Source: Ptychomitrium polyphyllum
Taxonomy: Eukaryota
Assembly (NCBI GenBank): GCA_973851085.1
Contig: OZ316775.1
Coordinates: 3,968,001-4,032,000 of the forward strand
Length of the DNA: 64,000 nt
Direction: 5' to 3'
This document shows, one piece after another, positions 39,301-52,008 of the stretch. Each line of letters begins with the position of its first letter. The first letter of the stretch is position 1. A model generated the notes under the pieces. The model made no database searches, was not told the origin of the DNA, and saw only the letters and a program-made list of their open reading frames with translations. The position numbers were made by a program, and so were the translations under genes.

Positions 39301-42300
39301 TAAAAGGTATAGGTTTCCCTTTGTATTAGTTTATAAAGTATGTTAAACAACTACTGATTTAAAAAAGACTATATAATATTTGTAAATTATAAAGCATGTC
39401 GATAATATTAATTCGTTTAATCTAATTTTTTATGTTTAATTAAAATATTTTTAATTTGTGTATGTTTTTACATATTCATTATTTAAAATAAAAATTATAT
39501 TTAGGATCCTTCATACTAAGAGTTGTGATTAATTGAAATAAAACATCTCAGTGGTCATGGGTCTTGGCTATGAATTGTGAAGAAAATTATCATAATTTAA
39601 AATTTATTTTTTTTCTTATTTTCTAAAATATATAATGGATTTAAATATGGAGTGGTTTACATCCAAAATAAATTGGAATGGTCTCTTAATTGCAATAAAC
39701 TGAGTAAAAAAAGTTAAAGATTTGAATTGAGTTTTATCCTTTTTTATCTTAATTAGACCTTTGTGAATTCAAAGTGATTTCTTTTCAACAATTCAAATTA
39801 TACTTTGGTAAATATAAGCGCCAAAAGTTTTAGAGATTATTATGAAATTAAATTTGAAAGCTAATATCTTCCACACCACCTTTCCGATTGCAATAAATTG
39901 AATGGAATTTGAACATACAATTAATTGATTAAATATATTTTTTAGATTTTTCATTATATGATTTAAATTATTTAACAGTTTCAATAAAAATTGGCTTTCC
40001 AAATTTTTTTGAGGTGGTTCTAAATGATTTGGTTTGCTCCATTTTAGAATGAAATATATGTTGCATTGTGAAACATTCTTAAGCTAAAAATAAACATTTT
40101 AAAATCTTCTAATTGTTTCAATTTTTTCCAATTAATAATTTTTTTACTAATAGAGTTGTTTATTTTCAATCAAGTATATATCTAACAAATAAGCAAACCT
40201 AATAGCATTTGATGTAATTTTCTCAATAATTGTAAAAGTTCAAAGATAAAAAATAAATGATAAAAATAAGTATGATATGTGCAAATAAACAAATAAGATA
40301 AGATCATAAGGTTTTCTTTAAGTACTATGACAATTAAAAAATGAATGATTTGACAATTATTCAAAAAGAACTTTTAAATTAATGCCTTAGATCTTTAAAT
40401 TTGATTCAAGTAATTTAGATTCTATTTGGATTCTATACATAATCAATGCTTTAATTAAATAGTAGAAATAAGTATTATATAGTTTATTTTGGAATTTTTG
40501 GTTTATATTGTCACAACTCAATTTATGCCATTGTAATGATTCCTTTTGTTTTTGAGCGTAGCAAATGAAACAATACATTTTGAGTATCTTTTTAAAGTAA
40601 TTTTCAATGTACTTTGTAATTAAAAAAAATTCATTTTACACCTATTTAAGGAAATTTTCATTGGTTTTTTTTAAAAGCCTTATTGTGAATTTTATGTCTT
40701 CATTTAGTAAAATCAAAAAGTAAATTTTTTATCTTATTTATAAGTATAATGACAAAACTTAAATGAGAATGTAAAGTTGTTAGAAACATAAATCATCCAT
40801 ACGTATCTAGAATCTTCCATAGGTTTTATAATGTTCCATGGGCTTTTAGATATATATGTAGGCTTTGTAACCTTCCATTAACTTCTAAGAACCTTTAACA
40901 AAAATTTCATAAACTTCTAAAACCTTCTTAGAAGTTTTCATAACCTTTCATGAAAAGTTTCATAGGGCATAGGCTTCATAGGATAAATAAAAGTAAAAAT
41001 AAGGTACACATCACTTTTGCCAATATAAGTTGTAGGAAAATTCTTAATACTATGTTGTTTTAGAATTTGTGATCAATCTAATATATATTTTTTCTTTCTA
41101 ATATAGCATTATTTGATCTATCTTCTAGTGTCTTGTCTTGCATCTATAATAAAAGTTTGTTCCTATAATCATAATTTTAAGCACTTTATAGTTAATCCAT
41201 GACAAATTGTATTACATGGTATAAAAGCATCACACAGTTATCTTTCAAAGCAAGCTGAGTCTTTGAGAGTGCAAATTATAAGATTTGCAGAACCCAAGAA
41301 TTGATTTCTTTGGATAGTGGACTTTAGACCCAATAGGGGGCTTAATATTGGACACATGTCAAGGTGGATATGTCATCCATCTCCCAAAGAGTTAGAAGGA
41401 TGAAGCAATAATATTGGATGCATTCAGTGAAGATTTTCCATCATTGAGTCCTAACTAGGATATGAGACCCACTGATTCTAGGGAGTTACTTTGTATGCAT
41501 TAGCCAGTGCCTGGCATCTGCATTTCAAAGTTAGAAGTATTTCCAGGAATGTGCCAAAAATATATTATGCCGTGACTATGCAGCCCAGAGACAGAAATGA
41601 GGATGCACTAGATTCTCTGTAATTTACTTCAGCATGCGTCTTATATATATAACAATCTAAGTTTATTATTTTATATTGCTTATTTTGCAGGACCCCGGAA
41701 TCTCATACTGTAATTACTACTAAACTGCAGCTGTAATTTGAATCGTGCCAAAGTGAACTCTGTGTACTGTCATCAGTGATGCAAGAAGTTCTAAACATTA
41801 ATATTGCAGTGAAAATATTTTGCGCTGAACTCTTCTTTAACATACAATAGTGCCTACCACAAATAGAGCTATTTTTCAATCTAATTTTATTCTTAACCAA
41901 AATCTTACTAGTGATTTCACCTACGTGGCATTTGTGTGTATGATTCAGACACATACTTCAATACCATAAAGTATTGAGCATTCGTTTGGTATACATATTT
42001 CAAAAGATACACCTTCAGTTGCTCACCTAAGTTTTTAAATACAGAGGCCAAGTGTACAAATAACTCTTATTTTGCCAAGGGGTCCGAACAAACAGAAAAG
42101 AACCATTGTTTCCATGCTTTTACTTGTGTAGAGGATCTTTCTGCTTGTGCTGGTGGGCAGTCACTTTGAACAGTACTTCTTTCCCAATTGTTCTATTGCA
42201 AATCAATTAAAAACAGAACAGAACGTATTGTTGTGAGAAAAGGCCAATACATGTAATCAAAGCCATTGTCAACAACAAGTCACCATGTTGCATCAAGCGT

Positions 42301-42481
42301 GTATATTCATGTTCCATGTCATTCCAAATTTCCAGTTACTCCAACACTGCCTAGAAAGTCCCAATGGTACTCTACCCTACATATCAATCCACCACCACAT
42401 GCATGTCACAGCCAATATTTATATCTTTGTCTGTGCCAGGTCATTAGTTTCTAGATGAGTTCCCTCTGAGTAGAAGCTTCC

Positions 42482-42523
42482 GCATTCCTGATGCATTCCT
42501 GATGCATTCCTGATGCATTCCTG
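42482..42523. repeat. Tandem 11-bp repeat (GCATTCCTGAT) x~4
   Basis: Directly visible. Confidence 0.93.
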
Positions 42524-44877
42524 TTGCAGTGAATTTACTTTCATTTGTGAAGATAGTGGATAGTAATCCTGTCAGTTTTAACCATTCAGCATATGTGAGA
42601 CAATTAACTATTTAGAGCACATAAACATTAAAGTTCAAGGGTTGAATTCAAAAGTAAATGTGTTTTGGCACTTCATATGAATTTTTAATGAGTTGTCGAA
42701 TTTGACATTCTTAAATCCCAGTATAAGTTAGTAGACCAACACGTCCCAAATTTCATATTGCATGTATAAATGTCACATGTAAAATGTATAGCCAACATAG
42801 ATATTAAACAGTTTCATGATTATACAAATATTTTTATTGTGATGATGTACTATTAGACTTGGAAGATTGTTTGGTAAACATAGGTAACTATGTAGAGAAT
42901 TGAAGTTCATAATTGGTATGTTACTTCTACCTTATTCAATGGAACTATCTTTACTAAAAAATTGCTTTCTATGGACACATTCATATAGAAAAAACGATGT
43001 AGAATTTTTACAATCTGTCCCCTCTTATTGATATTACATACAGATTTATAGAAATTTATTATACTTAATTCTCCTTATCTTAGTGAAGCATTTGAGATTT
43101 TCTCATCATCTTTTGTTATTCTTGATTATTAATTTGAGAAGGTTTAGTGTTGGATCTACTTCCCATAAAGAGGAAAGTAATATTTCATTCATGACAATTT
43201 CTTTAGGATTGCCGTTCTTCTTCTTCCAATTCTTACTTAGGTTGCACGCTCTGTCTCAGCACCTGTGGCATCCTTTTACACAAAGGAACTTGACACCATT
43301 TGCCCCCAATAATTTGTAAAAGAAAAGAAAATGAAAACCCTTTCATTGGCTTCAGAAGTCAGAATAGTTTTTCCAAAAACCACGTCGTCAGCAGACATAT
43401 AAACAGAAAACAATCTCATGCTGGCATCACGATGGCAGAGAGCTTTGTTGGATTATACACGACTGTCCAGTTGCTCTCCATGTATCCCTCTGCCCAGGTT
43501 TCCAAAACTCCTAGCCTGTGGCCTTGGACACAACTCCTCCTTAGCCATGAAAGCTACCAGACACCGCAGATGTTGACCAGGGCGCATTCAATGACAAAAA
43601 CACAAAATTTTCACAAGTCCATGCTTGCAACCTCATTTGCAGAAAGGAAAAGTAGTGTACCACTTCACTTTTTACTTTGAACCACCATGTCCTTTCTTTG
43701 GAGGGAGTCAATTGGGGTGGGTGTCCTGAATCCTGATCCCTCAGCTCGAGCCTTCAAGCAGATCATTCAACTTTCCACTCACTTGTGCTCCAGACACTCC
43801 ATTCCCAGGCAGTCAACTTTTGCAGCAAATTGCAAAGGTTTTCAACTGCTAGAACTCTAGCTTAGCTATAGCACTGATACAAAGAAGGGTCGGTAAAGTT
43901 ATGTTGGGCCCCAGCTTACGCTTCATCCATCAAACAGCTTCCTTCCCTCCACGGTGACACTTTCCAAGCTTTGCACCACAATGCAACTCAGAGCTGTATG
44001 CGTGCAGCTTTGATCACGGTGCTGGCGATGGTGAGGAGGTGGTGAGCATCACTTTGCTGTGGTGGAGGAGAATACAGGGTTAATAAGAAGATGCGGACCT
44101 TCTTGAAGAAGTGTTGGTGCTTCGGGAGTGAAGAGGCAGCGAAGTAAGCTTACTTTTGGGTTGCATTTTGTGTTTGGGAGTTTTCCGAAGTTATTGGTTT
44201 TGTTTGGAGGTAGGAGAGATGATGTACCTGTATTGGAGTGTTGTTGGTGTTGGTTAGAAAGGTAACAGGGAGAATGAGAATGTTGACGCTGATGGGATAT
44301 AAGCTGCATTTGTTAGAGATCGCGGAAGAGTGTTGAGGTTGGAGAGAAATGTCAGTGCAAGCCTTTTCGTAGGTTACTAGCGTTACTAGCATTTTCGTGG
44401 GTTCCTAGCGTCCACGTTTTTTTTCCTGAAGGTTCGAGTCTTGAGTTTTGAACTAAAGGTTTGCTTTCTTAGGTGTTGAGTTGAAGCTTGAAAACCGTTA
44501 TCAAAATAGGGAAGGCGAAGTTTTGAAGAAGCAGTAGTGTAGTTTTCTCTTGGGCCCTCACCTCGCCATATGGCTCTTTGATGGGTTTTTAGAGGTTCAA
44601 TGTTTTTTTTCAATCTAACCGCAAGTTCGGAAGACCTGGTTTAGGTGGGAAGATGGTCATTAGTGGTCGGCGCAAGCCCACTTGCCAATGCTTCAATTCA
44701 ACGCTCATTTTCCTTAGTTTCCATTACTTTTGGTTTAGGTGCTGGGCGGCTTTGCCTCCTTCTGTGCTAGGAAGCGTGACTGTAGTATGCGTTCTGTTTT
44801 CGTATCTTACTTCATGTATGAAGTTACAGTGGTTATGATCTTCTCTAACCGGGCTTGTTGATGTGACTGTACTTTAG

Positions 44878-46643
44878 GCCTTCGGCCGGTGGCAAGAAAG
44901 GGGGGACGTGGCGCATATTTTCCTTGAGAGAGTTGCACGCTGCCACGAACAACTTCAACTATGACAACAAACTTGGTGAAGGAGGATTTGGAAGTGTCTA
45001 CTGGGGTCAGCTTGCAAGTGGTGACCAAGTACGTCAGATCCCATCTTCTTTCCCTTCATTATCTGGAAAACGATTTGTATGTTAGTGATGCCATTTTTGC
45101 ATTTAAACTCCTGCTAATCATCAACTGTAAGCCTACTCATGAAAGATCAGTGGATATGGAAATAGCTGATGTTGGATTAGGCTCAGCATTTATGTGAGCC
45201 ATTTGAGGTAAAGTACTGTTTTTTGTGAATATCATAACAAAAAACAATCTGTATGCTTTAATCCTTTTTAGCACCTTTCTGGTGAAATTACCACAAACTC
45301 AGTCTCAGATCCAGAAGCCCTGGTGTTGAGAGGTTTCAGATACTACACATTTACATGAGAGCAACCAGGGTTCGTTAGGTATTGACCTCTGTCGTGTGTA
45401 CTCCGTTTTTGATCATGAGTTGTATATCTATTGCTCACATGGGATGGGATGCTGGAACACAGATTGCTGTGAAAAGACTGAAAGTATGGAGCACAAAGGC
45501 AGAGATGGAATTTGCGGTGGAAGTTGAGATTTTGGGTCGCGTCCGGCACAAGAATCTGCTCAGCCTGCGTGGCTACTGTTCTGAAGGCCAGGAACGTTTG
45601 ATTGTATACGACTATATGCCAAAGCTGAGCCTACTCTCACATTTACATGGCCAGTTTGCTGCAGACTCCACCCTAAACTGGCCAAATCGAATGAAAATCG
45701 CTCTCGGATCAGCTGAAGGCCTTGCGTAAGTATTCTATCAATACCTCAAGTATTCAAACCTAAAAGTTCACCCATGTTTCAGAATCATAGTCCTGATAGT
45801 ACTGAATATGTTACATTTTTGCATTTTGCTTTCCAGAACATGAGCATAATCTTTCAACTTAAATGTTATTGATAGCAGTTACCTGCACCATTATGCAACG
45901 CCTCATATCATCCACCGAGACGTAAAAGCTAGCAACGTCCTCTTGGACGAGAATTTCGAAGCCCAGGTAGCCGACTTCGGATTTGCGAAGCTGATACCAG
46001 ATGGTGCAACTCATGTGACAACAGGAGTGAAGGGCACTTTGGGGTATCTGGCACCAGAGTATGCCATGTGGGGCAAGGTGTCAGAAAGCTGTGATGTTTA
46101 CAGCTTTGGTATTCTGGTTTTGGAGCTCATAAGCGGAAAGAAGCCGATTGAAAGAGTTGGGAATGCGAAGCGGACAATTGTGGAGTGGGCAGGGCCTTTA
46201 GTGTTGCAAGGGCGTTATCGTGACCTAGTTGATCCCAAGCTGCAAGGCAAGTTTGAGGAAGACGAACTGATGAGACTCGTACAGGTAATGCAATTTGTTA
46301 GATAACTGAAGCTGTTTGACTGATGTTGATGCAGAGAGTAGATGAAGTATTTTGTTCATTTATTTTTATTTCCTTAAGAGTAACTTAATTTTTCTCATTT
46401 CTACAGTATTATATTGGTTGTCAGATTGCGGCTCTTTGTGCTCAAAACTCACCTGAGAACAGGCCCACAATGCAAGAAGTGGTGGAGATGCTAAAGGACG
46501 ATCTCAAAGATCCTGTGAAAAAACTCCTTGATAAAGACAATGGTGGGTTGCATCTTGAGCCTGTGAAGTACGTCCCTGCTCTGTTAGCTGCTGACGACGG
46601 TCCAGGTTTTGGCTCCAGGAAATCTCCAATGAGTACTTTTTGA
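44878..46643 (+). CDS. Receptor-like cytoplasmic kinase (PTI1-like/At3g15890-type); 5' coding exon unresolved
   Basis: [83 protein letters not shown]; stop at 46641-46643. The start codon lies upstream of 44878, possibly the ATG at 44787. Confidence 0.92.
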
Positions 46644-49600
46644 AGGGATCGGTTCTCGGAATACTGTGAGTTTTCCTGAACCGCTTCCATAATCCTTTAC
46701 TTCTGTTCCTGTAGACCACACTACTCTTTACTAAAAGTACTTTGCTTTGGTTAGAATGTGTTTTGTATTTATTTTTACGTTGTGAGTGTTAGATTTTCAC
46801 AGCTTACATGAGATCTTTTTGCTCTATTAGCCAGTAAGAAAGGCCAATCCAGGAAAACGTACAACAAAATGAACTTTTATGAGAGATACTTTGGTCTAAT
46901 TAATCCTTTTCTAACCTTGCATGGTCATGCTAGAGGACGGTTCCACTGTACCTGCCTACTGCCGAAGGAGACAAGGATGACAGCATTCAAGATGAAAGAA
47001 ACACGGTTCGATTAGATGTGCAACCAGTTAGTAATCATGAGGAGCATTGGCGGTTAAAGTCTGAACGGTCACAGCTTCCCCAATTCTGCTATCACAACGT
47101 TTCTGAAGTAAGTAATAACCCCACTCTTTGAGTATCGCAGCAACCTTGACCAGGTCAGCAACAATGCATCTTGTTTGAATCCCTTTTTTCGTCTTTTCTG
47201 GTTCTATTCAAAGTTTGGAACTTACAAGATCATGTGTTGTTGGCTGTGATGGAGAAGACCTAGGTACCCGTCTTAAAATTAGGTAAATTCTACGAGTCCT
47301 CTTTAGATCACAGGAGCATTCTTTTGAACAATTGGGTCCGCGTTGAATTATTTTTGAGCCAGTAGAATTATTGGAGGTTTTAGGTCGGTTTGAAGTACAG
47401 AATTGAGACATAATCCCAGATTTACATTCGTTTTTCAGTTTTGTAACATTCTGGTGTTATTGGAGTCATCTGACGTCAGATGTGATTCTATTTAATTTTC
47501 GACTTGTAACTTTTTCGATTTATCTAAAGTACATGGCAGCCATCGTAGGAACTTGAATGGAACTGAGCAATGTACAAAGTTCTCTATTAAATTGTAAGAT
47601 ATTGGTTGTTTTTGTGTAGAAAAGAACGTCGTAGCTTTGCACCTCAGATAAGAATTGGTGCTGTGCAATCCTGTTCACCCTTAACCTTGAGAGTCAATGG
47701 CGAATTTTAAGCTCTGTACTGGAATATCTTTCCAAATTGATTATTAACAAAGTTTACAAGTTTGACCAAACGATTAGTAGAAGCTTGATGGTTCAAAATG
47801 AAATAATGCCACGCAGTCGTGACTCTATTACTACTATTACAAACTGCGATTTCTAAGTTTTTACTTCAAGTTTTAACTCTGTCAGAAGATCATGTACATT
47901 CCATGAACGTAACTCACTTTCTTTATCCGAGGAGGCACTGGCAAGAAGGGTAGAAGGATCAGCCCAATTATAGATCTTCCTGGGATTTTGGAGACTACGT
48001 TGCAGCACTTTAAAAACTCGGTGATTGTACTTATGCCATGAAAAGCAAATCCTAAATACTTCGATCTTGTTAGTTAATGGCAATTTACAAGTAAGCTGTA
48101 CACAGGCACTAAAACATAGCTGAGGCTTTAAATTCACATTTTCTATAATATTAGTGACATTGAAATGAGCGATAAGCTCTCGATAAGCTGTGCACATCAT
48201 CGGCACCTCATTTCGACCTCCAAATTTGTCTTTGATCACGTTGTCTGTTTTACGAAGGTAGCACTTCTGCAACTGAAAATGAACTTCCAAAACTTCTAAT
48301 CTCCAACTGATAACACATATAACTGAAGGTCAATTTCATCTCTGTCGCCTTTAACAGTGACCAATTTTCATAAAAAGCTACAAACCTGCACTTTTAAACT
48401 TACACTGGATTACTCGGGGGAGTACTTTTCCTGCTATTTCATATCCATGGTCACCAGTTTGTTACTCAGGTTCGGCTTCAGTTTATGCACGATAGAATTT
48501 GTACAGTTGTCAAATCACGTATTTGGAATCCTTCGAAATTTTCGAATGATTGTACTGCTCATGCGTGCTAACTACTACACATACGAAAAAGTGACCTGTA
48601 TTTAAAAGGGCTGCAAATTTGTGTGGATGCCTAGAACTTAGCAGACCAGCACGAACTTCATGTACCGATACCTGTTAATTGTCGTGAATGAAACGGCGTG
48701 TACACTTTTTCTTCATAATTACTTCAGAAAGCAACTTGCAAGCAAGCACAGAACAGACGGATCGTGACGGCGATGTGTTGTAACTTCTGGTCTGTTTGTG
48801 TGCAGACATGAGCTGACTTCCAGACGTTACTGGTTTTGGTAGTGCAACTCGAAGGACATAATATGAGTTCGCTCGAAGTCTTTCTTCATGTCAAATGCGT
48901 GAGAAAATCCACAACCATATCCAATCATTATTGCAGCTGTACTAAAGTACTTCCTAACGGAGTCCTTACATACCACTCCAGACCCGCGACGATTAGAAAT
49001 TAGTACATTTCTACGTCAACACAGAAAGCATCAGCTCTAACAATGTGCAGGCCCAGTGGAGAGACTAAGATATTGCAACAGCATGTCACTGTACACGATC
49101 AAATGGAAATTTTAGTGTTATCACTACTGGTAAAAGTCAAGACACATTCTGAACATTATTTCATATGCCAATACAGACTAAATCCTTGCAGATTGCTTAT
49201 GATTCAATATAACATGCAGATGATACACAACACTGCTTGCTAAGGAATGCATTCTGATGCTAAACGAGCATGAAGATGACAGCTCAAGAGCCACAAAAAA
49301 GTACGAAAACGGGAAAAAACACGAAACACGACAGTTTAAATATTATGCGGAATATGCTGCCAAGAAAAGATATATAATTTCTCCTGTTTCTGAAGTCACA
49401 GATGTATGTAAATGAAATCATCTCTGCAGCATCCAAGTTGAATATATAAGAGCTGTATTCCAATACAAATGCTGAACACGCTGTGGATAGATACTCTGCC
49501 ACTCCCATATTGTAAGACTAGTCCATTATGCCAGAGAGTCGAAGAGATTAAGTTGACAGCTGAGGGAGCACCAGCACCCTCATCAAAGTACAAACCTGCA

Positions 49601-49859
49601 CACCATCATAGCACTCACATTTTCAAAATCTTCGGCATGGTTCGAAGGTATCCAGCAGATTGACGACAGAAAGGAGACAGAGCTGACAACACCCTATCTT
49701 TAAAACATTTTAATCAAGAGACGAGAGTATACTTCCATAGTGAAGGGTCTTCTAGACAATTGTGACTCCCATCTTCATCATTGGCTTGGACACGAATTAT
49801 TCACCGAAGACATGATCAGTGGGTGTACATGAGGTGCCGCCAATGTTACCATGAGCTGC

Positions 49860-50183
49860 TCAAGGAGCCTTGACGCCATTGACATTGACGATGATGCCGC
49901 CATTGCCAAGGATATCCGGCACCACCACAAGCACATCGCCGTCCTTGACGTTCACCTTCATATCCTTGCCGTTGATTCCCTTGATAACAATATCCTGGCT
50001 CTTGCCTCCCTTTACGTCCACCTTCACGGTGCCCGTGTTTACATCCACATTGGCGCCGTTCACCAAGATCTTCACCAGACCCGCCATGTTCACCACCGTC
50101 ACAGACGCCTGGGACGACACCACCAGGAGCGCCAGTAGCAGCCCCACCATCACCACCTTCTTCCCACCAGCTGAATTCGCCAT
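49860..50183 (-). CDS. Small secreted valine-rich protein of unknown family, copy C (107 aa)
   Basis: Signal peptide ending SSQA; mature SVTVVNMAGLV...VNVKDGDVLVVVPD; strongly GC3-biased codons; TTATAA about 110 nt upstream. Confidence 0.88.
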   Translation of the reverse strand: MANSAGGKKVVMVGLLLALLVVSSQASVTVVNMAGLVKILVNGANVDVNTGTVKVDVKGGKSQDIVIKGINGKDMKVNVKDGDVLVVVPDILGNGGIIVNVNGVKAP

Positions 50184-50552
50184 CGTTGAAGCTCACACAC
50201 AAACTGCTCTGATTGAGAAAGACTTGAGGGACTAATTAAGACACTAGCAAGAGCAACATAACATGCAGCAAGAGGAGAGGAGGAGGTGGGTTATAAGTTG
50301 AGTGGAGGAGAACTGTACCAGGAACCTGGAAGCTTGGAATTGATGTTATTTAATGAATGCGGTGGATTCTTGATTGCCTTCAAGACAAGATGGTCAGTGT
50401 CTGCCTCGGGAACTTCGCCTTTATGCATATTTTGGCTTGGAAATGGAGGTTGCACCCAAATTTCAAAGCTTGTCATAAGAGCTGTCATGGTCTCCATGAG
50501 TAAACTTGGAGACATTGATTGTTACACCAGAATGACACCTATAGGTAACTTC

Positions 50553-50805
50553 TCATTTTGAGGTCATTCCAATCTATGTCATTTTCATAAAATTTTGATT
50601 TACCTCATTTTTGACAGCATTCTAATTTATGCCAATTTGATGCCATTCTAACTCATTTTATTTTGATACCATTCTAACTCATTTTATTTTGATGTCATTC
50701 TAATGTTATTTTTTGTCTTATGGCATCAAAGTAACATGAGGTATAACACACATTCATTTTGATATCACACTCCATGTCAAATGTCAAAATGACACAAAAT
50801 AGCAT
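50553..50805. repeat. Foldback-like cluster of CATTTTGA/CAAAATGAC motifs, related to 2687-2885
   Basis: The left part has repeated cattttga/tgtcattct motifs, including a ~26-bp tandem. The right part flips to tcaaaatgaca. Confidence 0.55.
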
Positions 50806-51796
50806 TTGTTGAGGATGGCCCTTGGAGAATTGCAAAGGAGCCAAGTTATGATGACTCTGTTTGGCCACATTGATAGCCATGTCCCTAACATAGTACTGTG
50901 AATTAGAGATAATATTTGAGTGATGGAAGAGCTGGATGTCAAGCTCCTCCCACATGCAGCTACTGTTGTAAGTTTGCTACCTGCTCACAAGTCAAGCATA
51001 CTTTGTGTTCTTGACTTCTGTTACTGTAAACATTGCTTATGAATTTCAACTTGTACTGTATTGTGGTTTGGGGTTTCAAAACTACTTTTGTTTGCACTAA
51101 ATTCTCAGGACAGCAATTCTATCCAGCAATCATTTATTTTCTTTCGTAAATATTGCTCGTTTTCCTATACCATAAATGGCTAAGTTCCTCACCTAATTGC
51201 CTTCAGGAGATTCTAAAACAGAAAAGAAGATAAGCCATGTTCCCACCACACCCTGAGGATTTACGGCCTTAAATAATCTAGGCATCATATGTAGCGTCCT
51301 AGTATCATAATGACAACATCTTGATACCCTCCAAATTTTCATTTCAAAGAAAAATAAGAACTCTTTCCTGACTTCCTAATCTTAGTTATGTGGGGGAGTA
51401 AGAATGGTAATCAGGTTTTGCTCAAAATGTTCTCACTGGCTCGGTCAAGCAAGTAACAACTAGAAATAAGTTAAGGTATGAGAACTGCAAACATGCATGA
51501 TGTTGTCACAAAAGCAGTGCTTCAGCCCTCTCAATCCCCATTGAAGGCTGAGTTTGGAGATGGAGTCCCAAGGACAAGGCCATTATGGCAGTGGTAGGTT
51601 GCAGAGTAAATGCTCAAGAGTTTGGTGGATGCAGTACATTCCTGCAAGTGCTTGACTTACTGTGAAGTGTACACCTCAGCACCGCAGTTCAGATTTGTTA
51701 ATACAAAGTTCACTGCATCCAGCAAAGGTTGCAGAATCGGATGCCTCAGTGGCACTCAACTGATTTCATACTCTACCATTCCGTACCATTCCGCTG

Positions 51797-52008
51797 AAAA
51801 CAAACTTAACAAGAAATGCAACATCAAAACAAACTTAACAAGAAATGCAACATCAAAACAAACTTAACAAGAAATGCAACATCAAAACAAACTTAACAAG
51901 AAATGCAACATCAAAACAAACTTAACAAGAAATGCAACATCAAAACAAACTTAACAAGAAATGCAACATCAAAACAAACTTAACAAGAAATGCAACATCA
52001 AAACAAAC
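51797..52008. repeat. Minisatellite, 29-bp unit (AAAACAAACTTAACAAGAAATGCAACATC) x7.3
   Basis: Perfect head-to-tail copies starting at 51797, 51826, 51855, 51884, 51913, 51942 and 51971, partial at 52000. Confidence 0.98.

Noticed and set aside
36400..43700. Scattered short ORFs, possibly a decayed gene or transposase
   Set aside because: No recognisable motif or consistent exon chain by eye; would need tBLASTx or an HMM search.
51797..52008. 29-bp repeats of CRISPR-like length
   Set aside because: Head-to-tail with no spacers and no cas genes in a eukaryotic context; it is a minisatellite.
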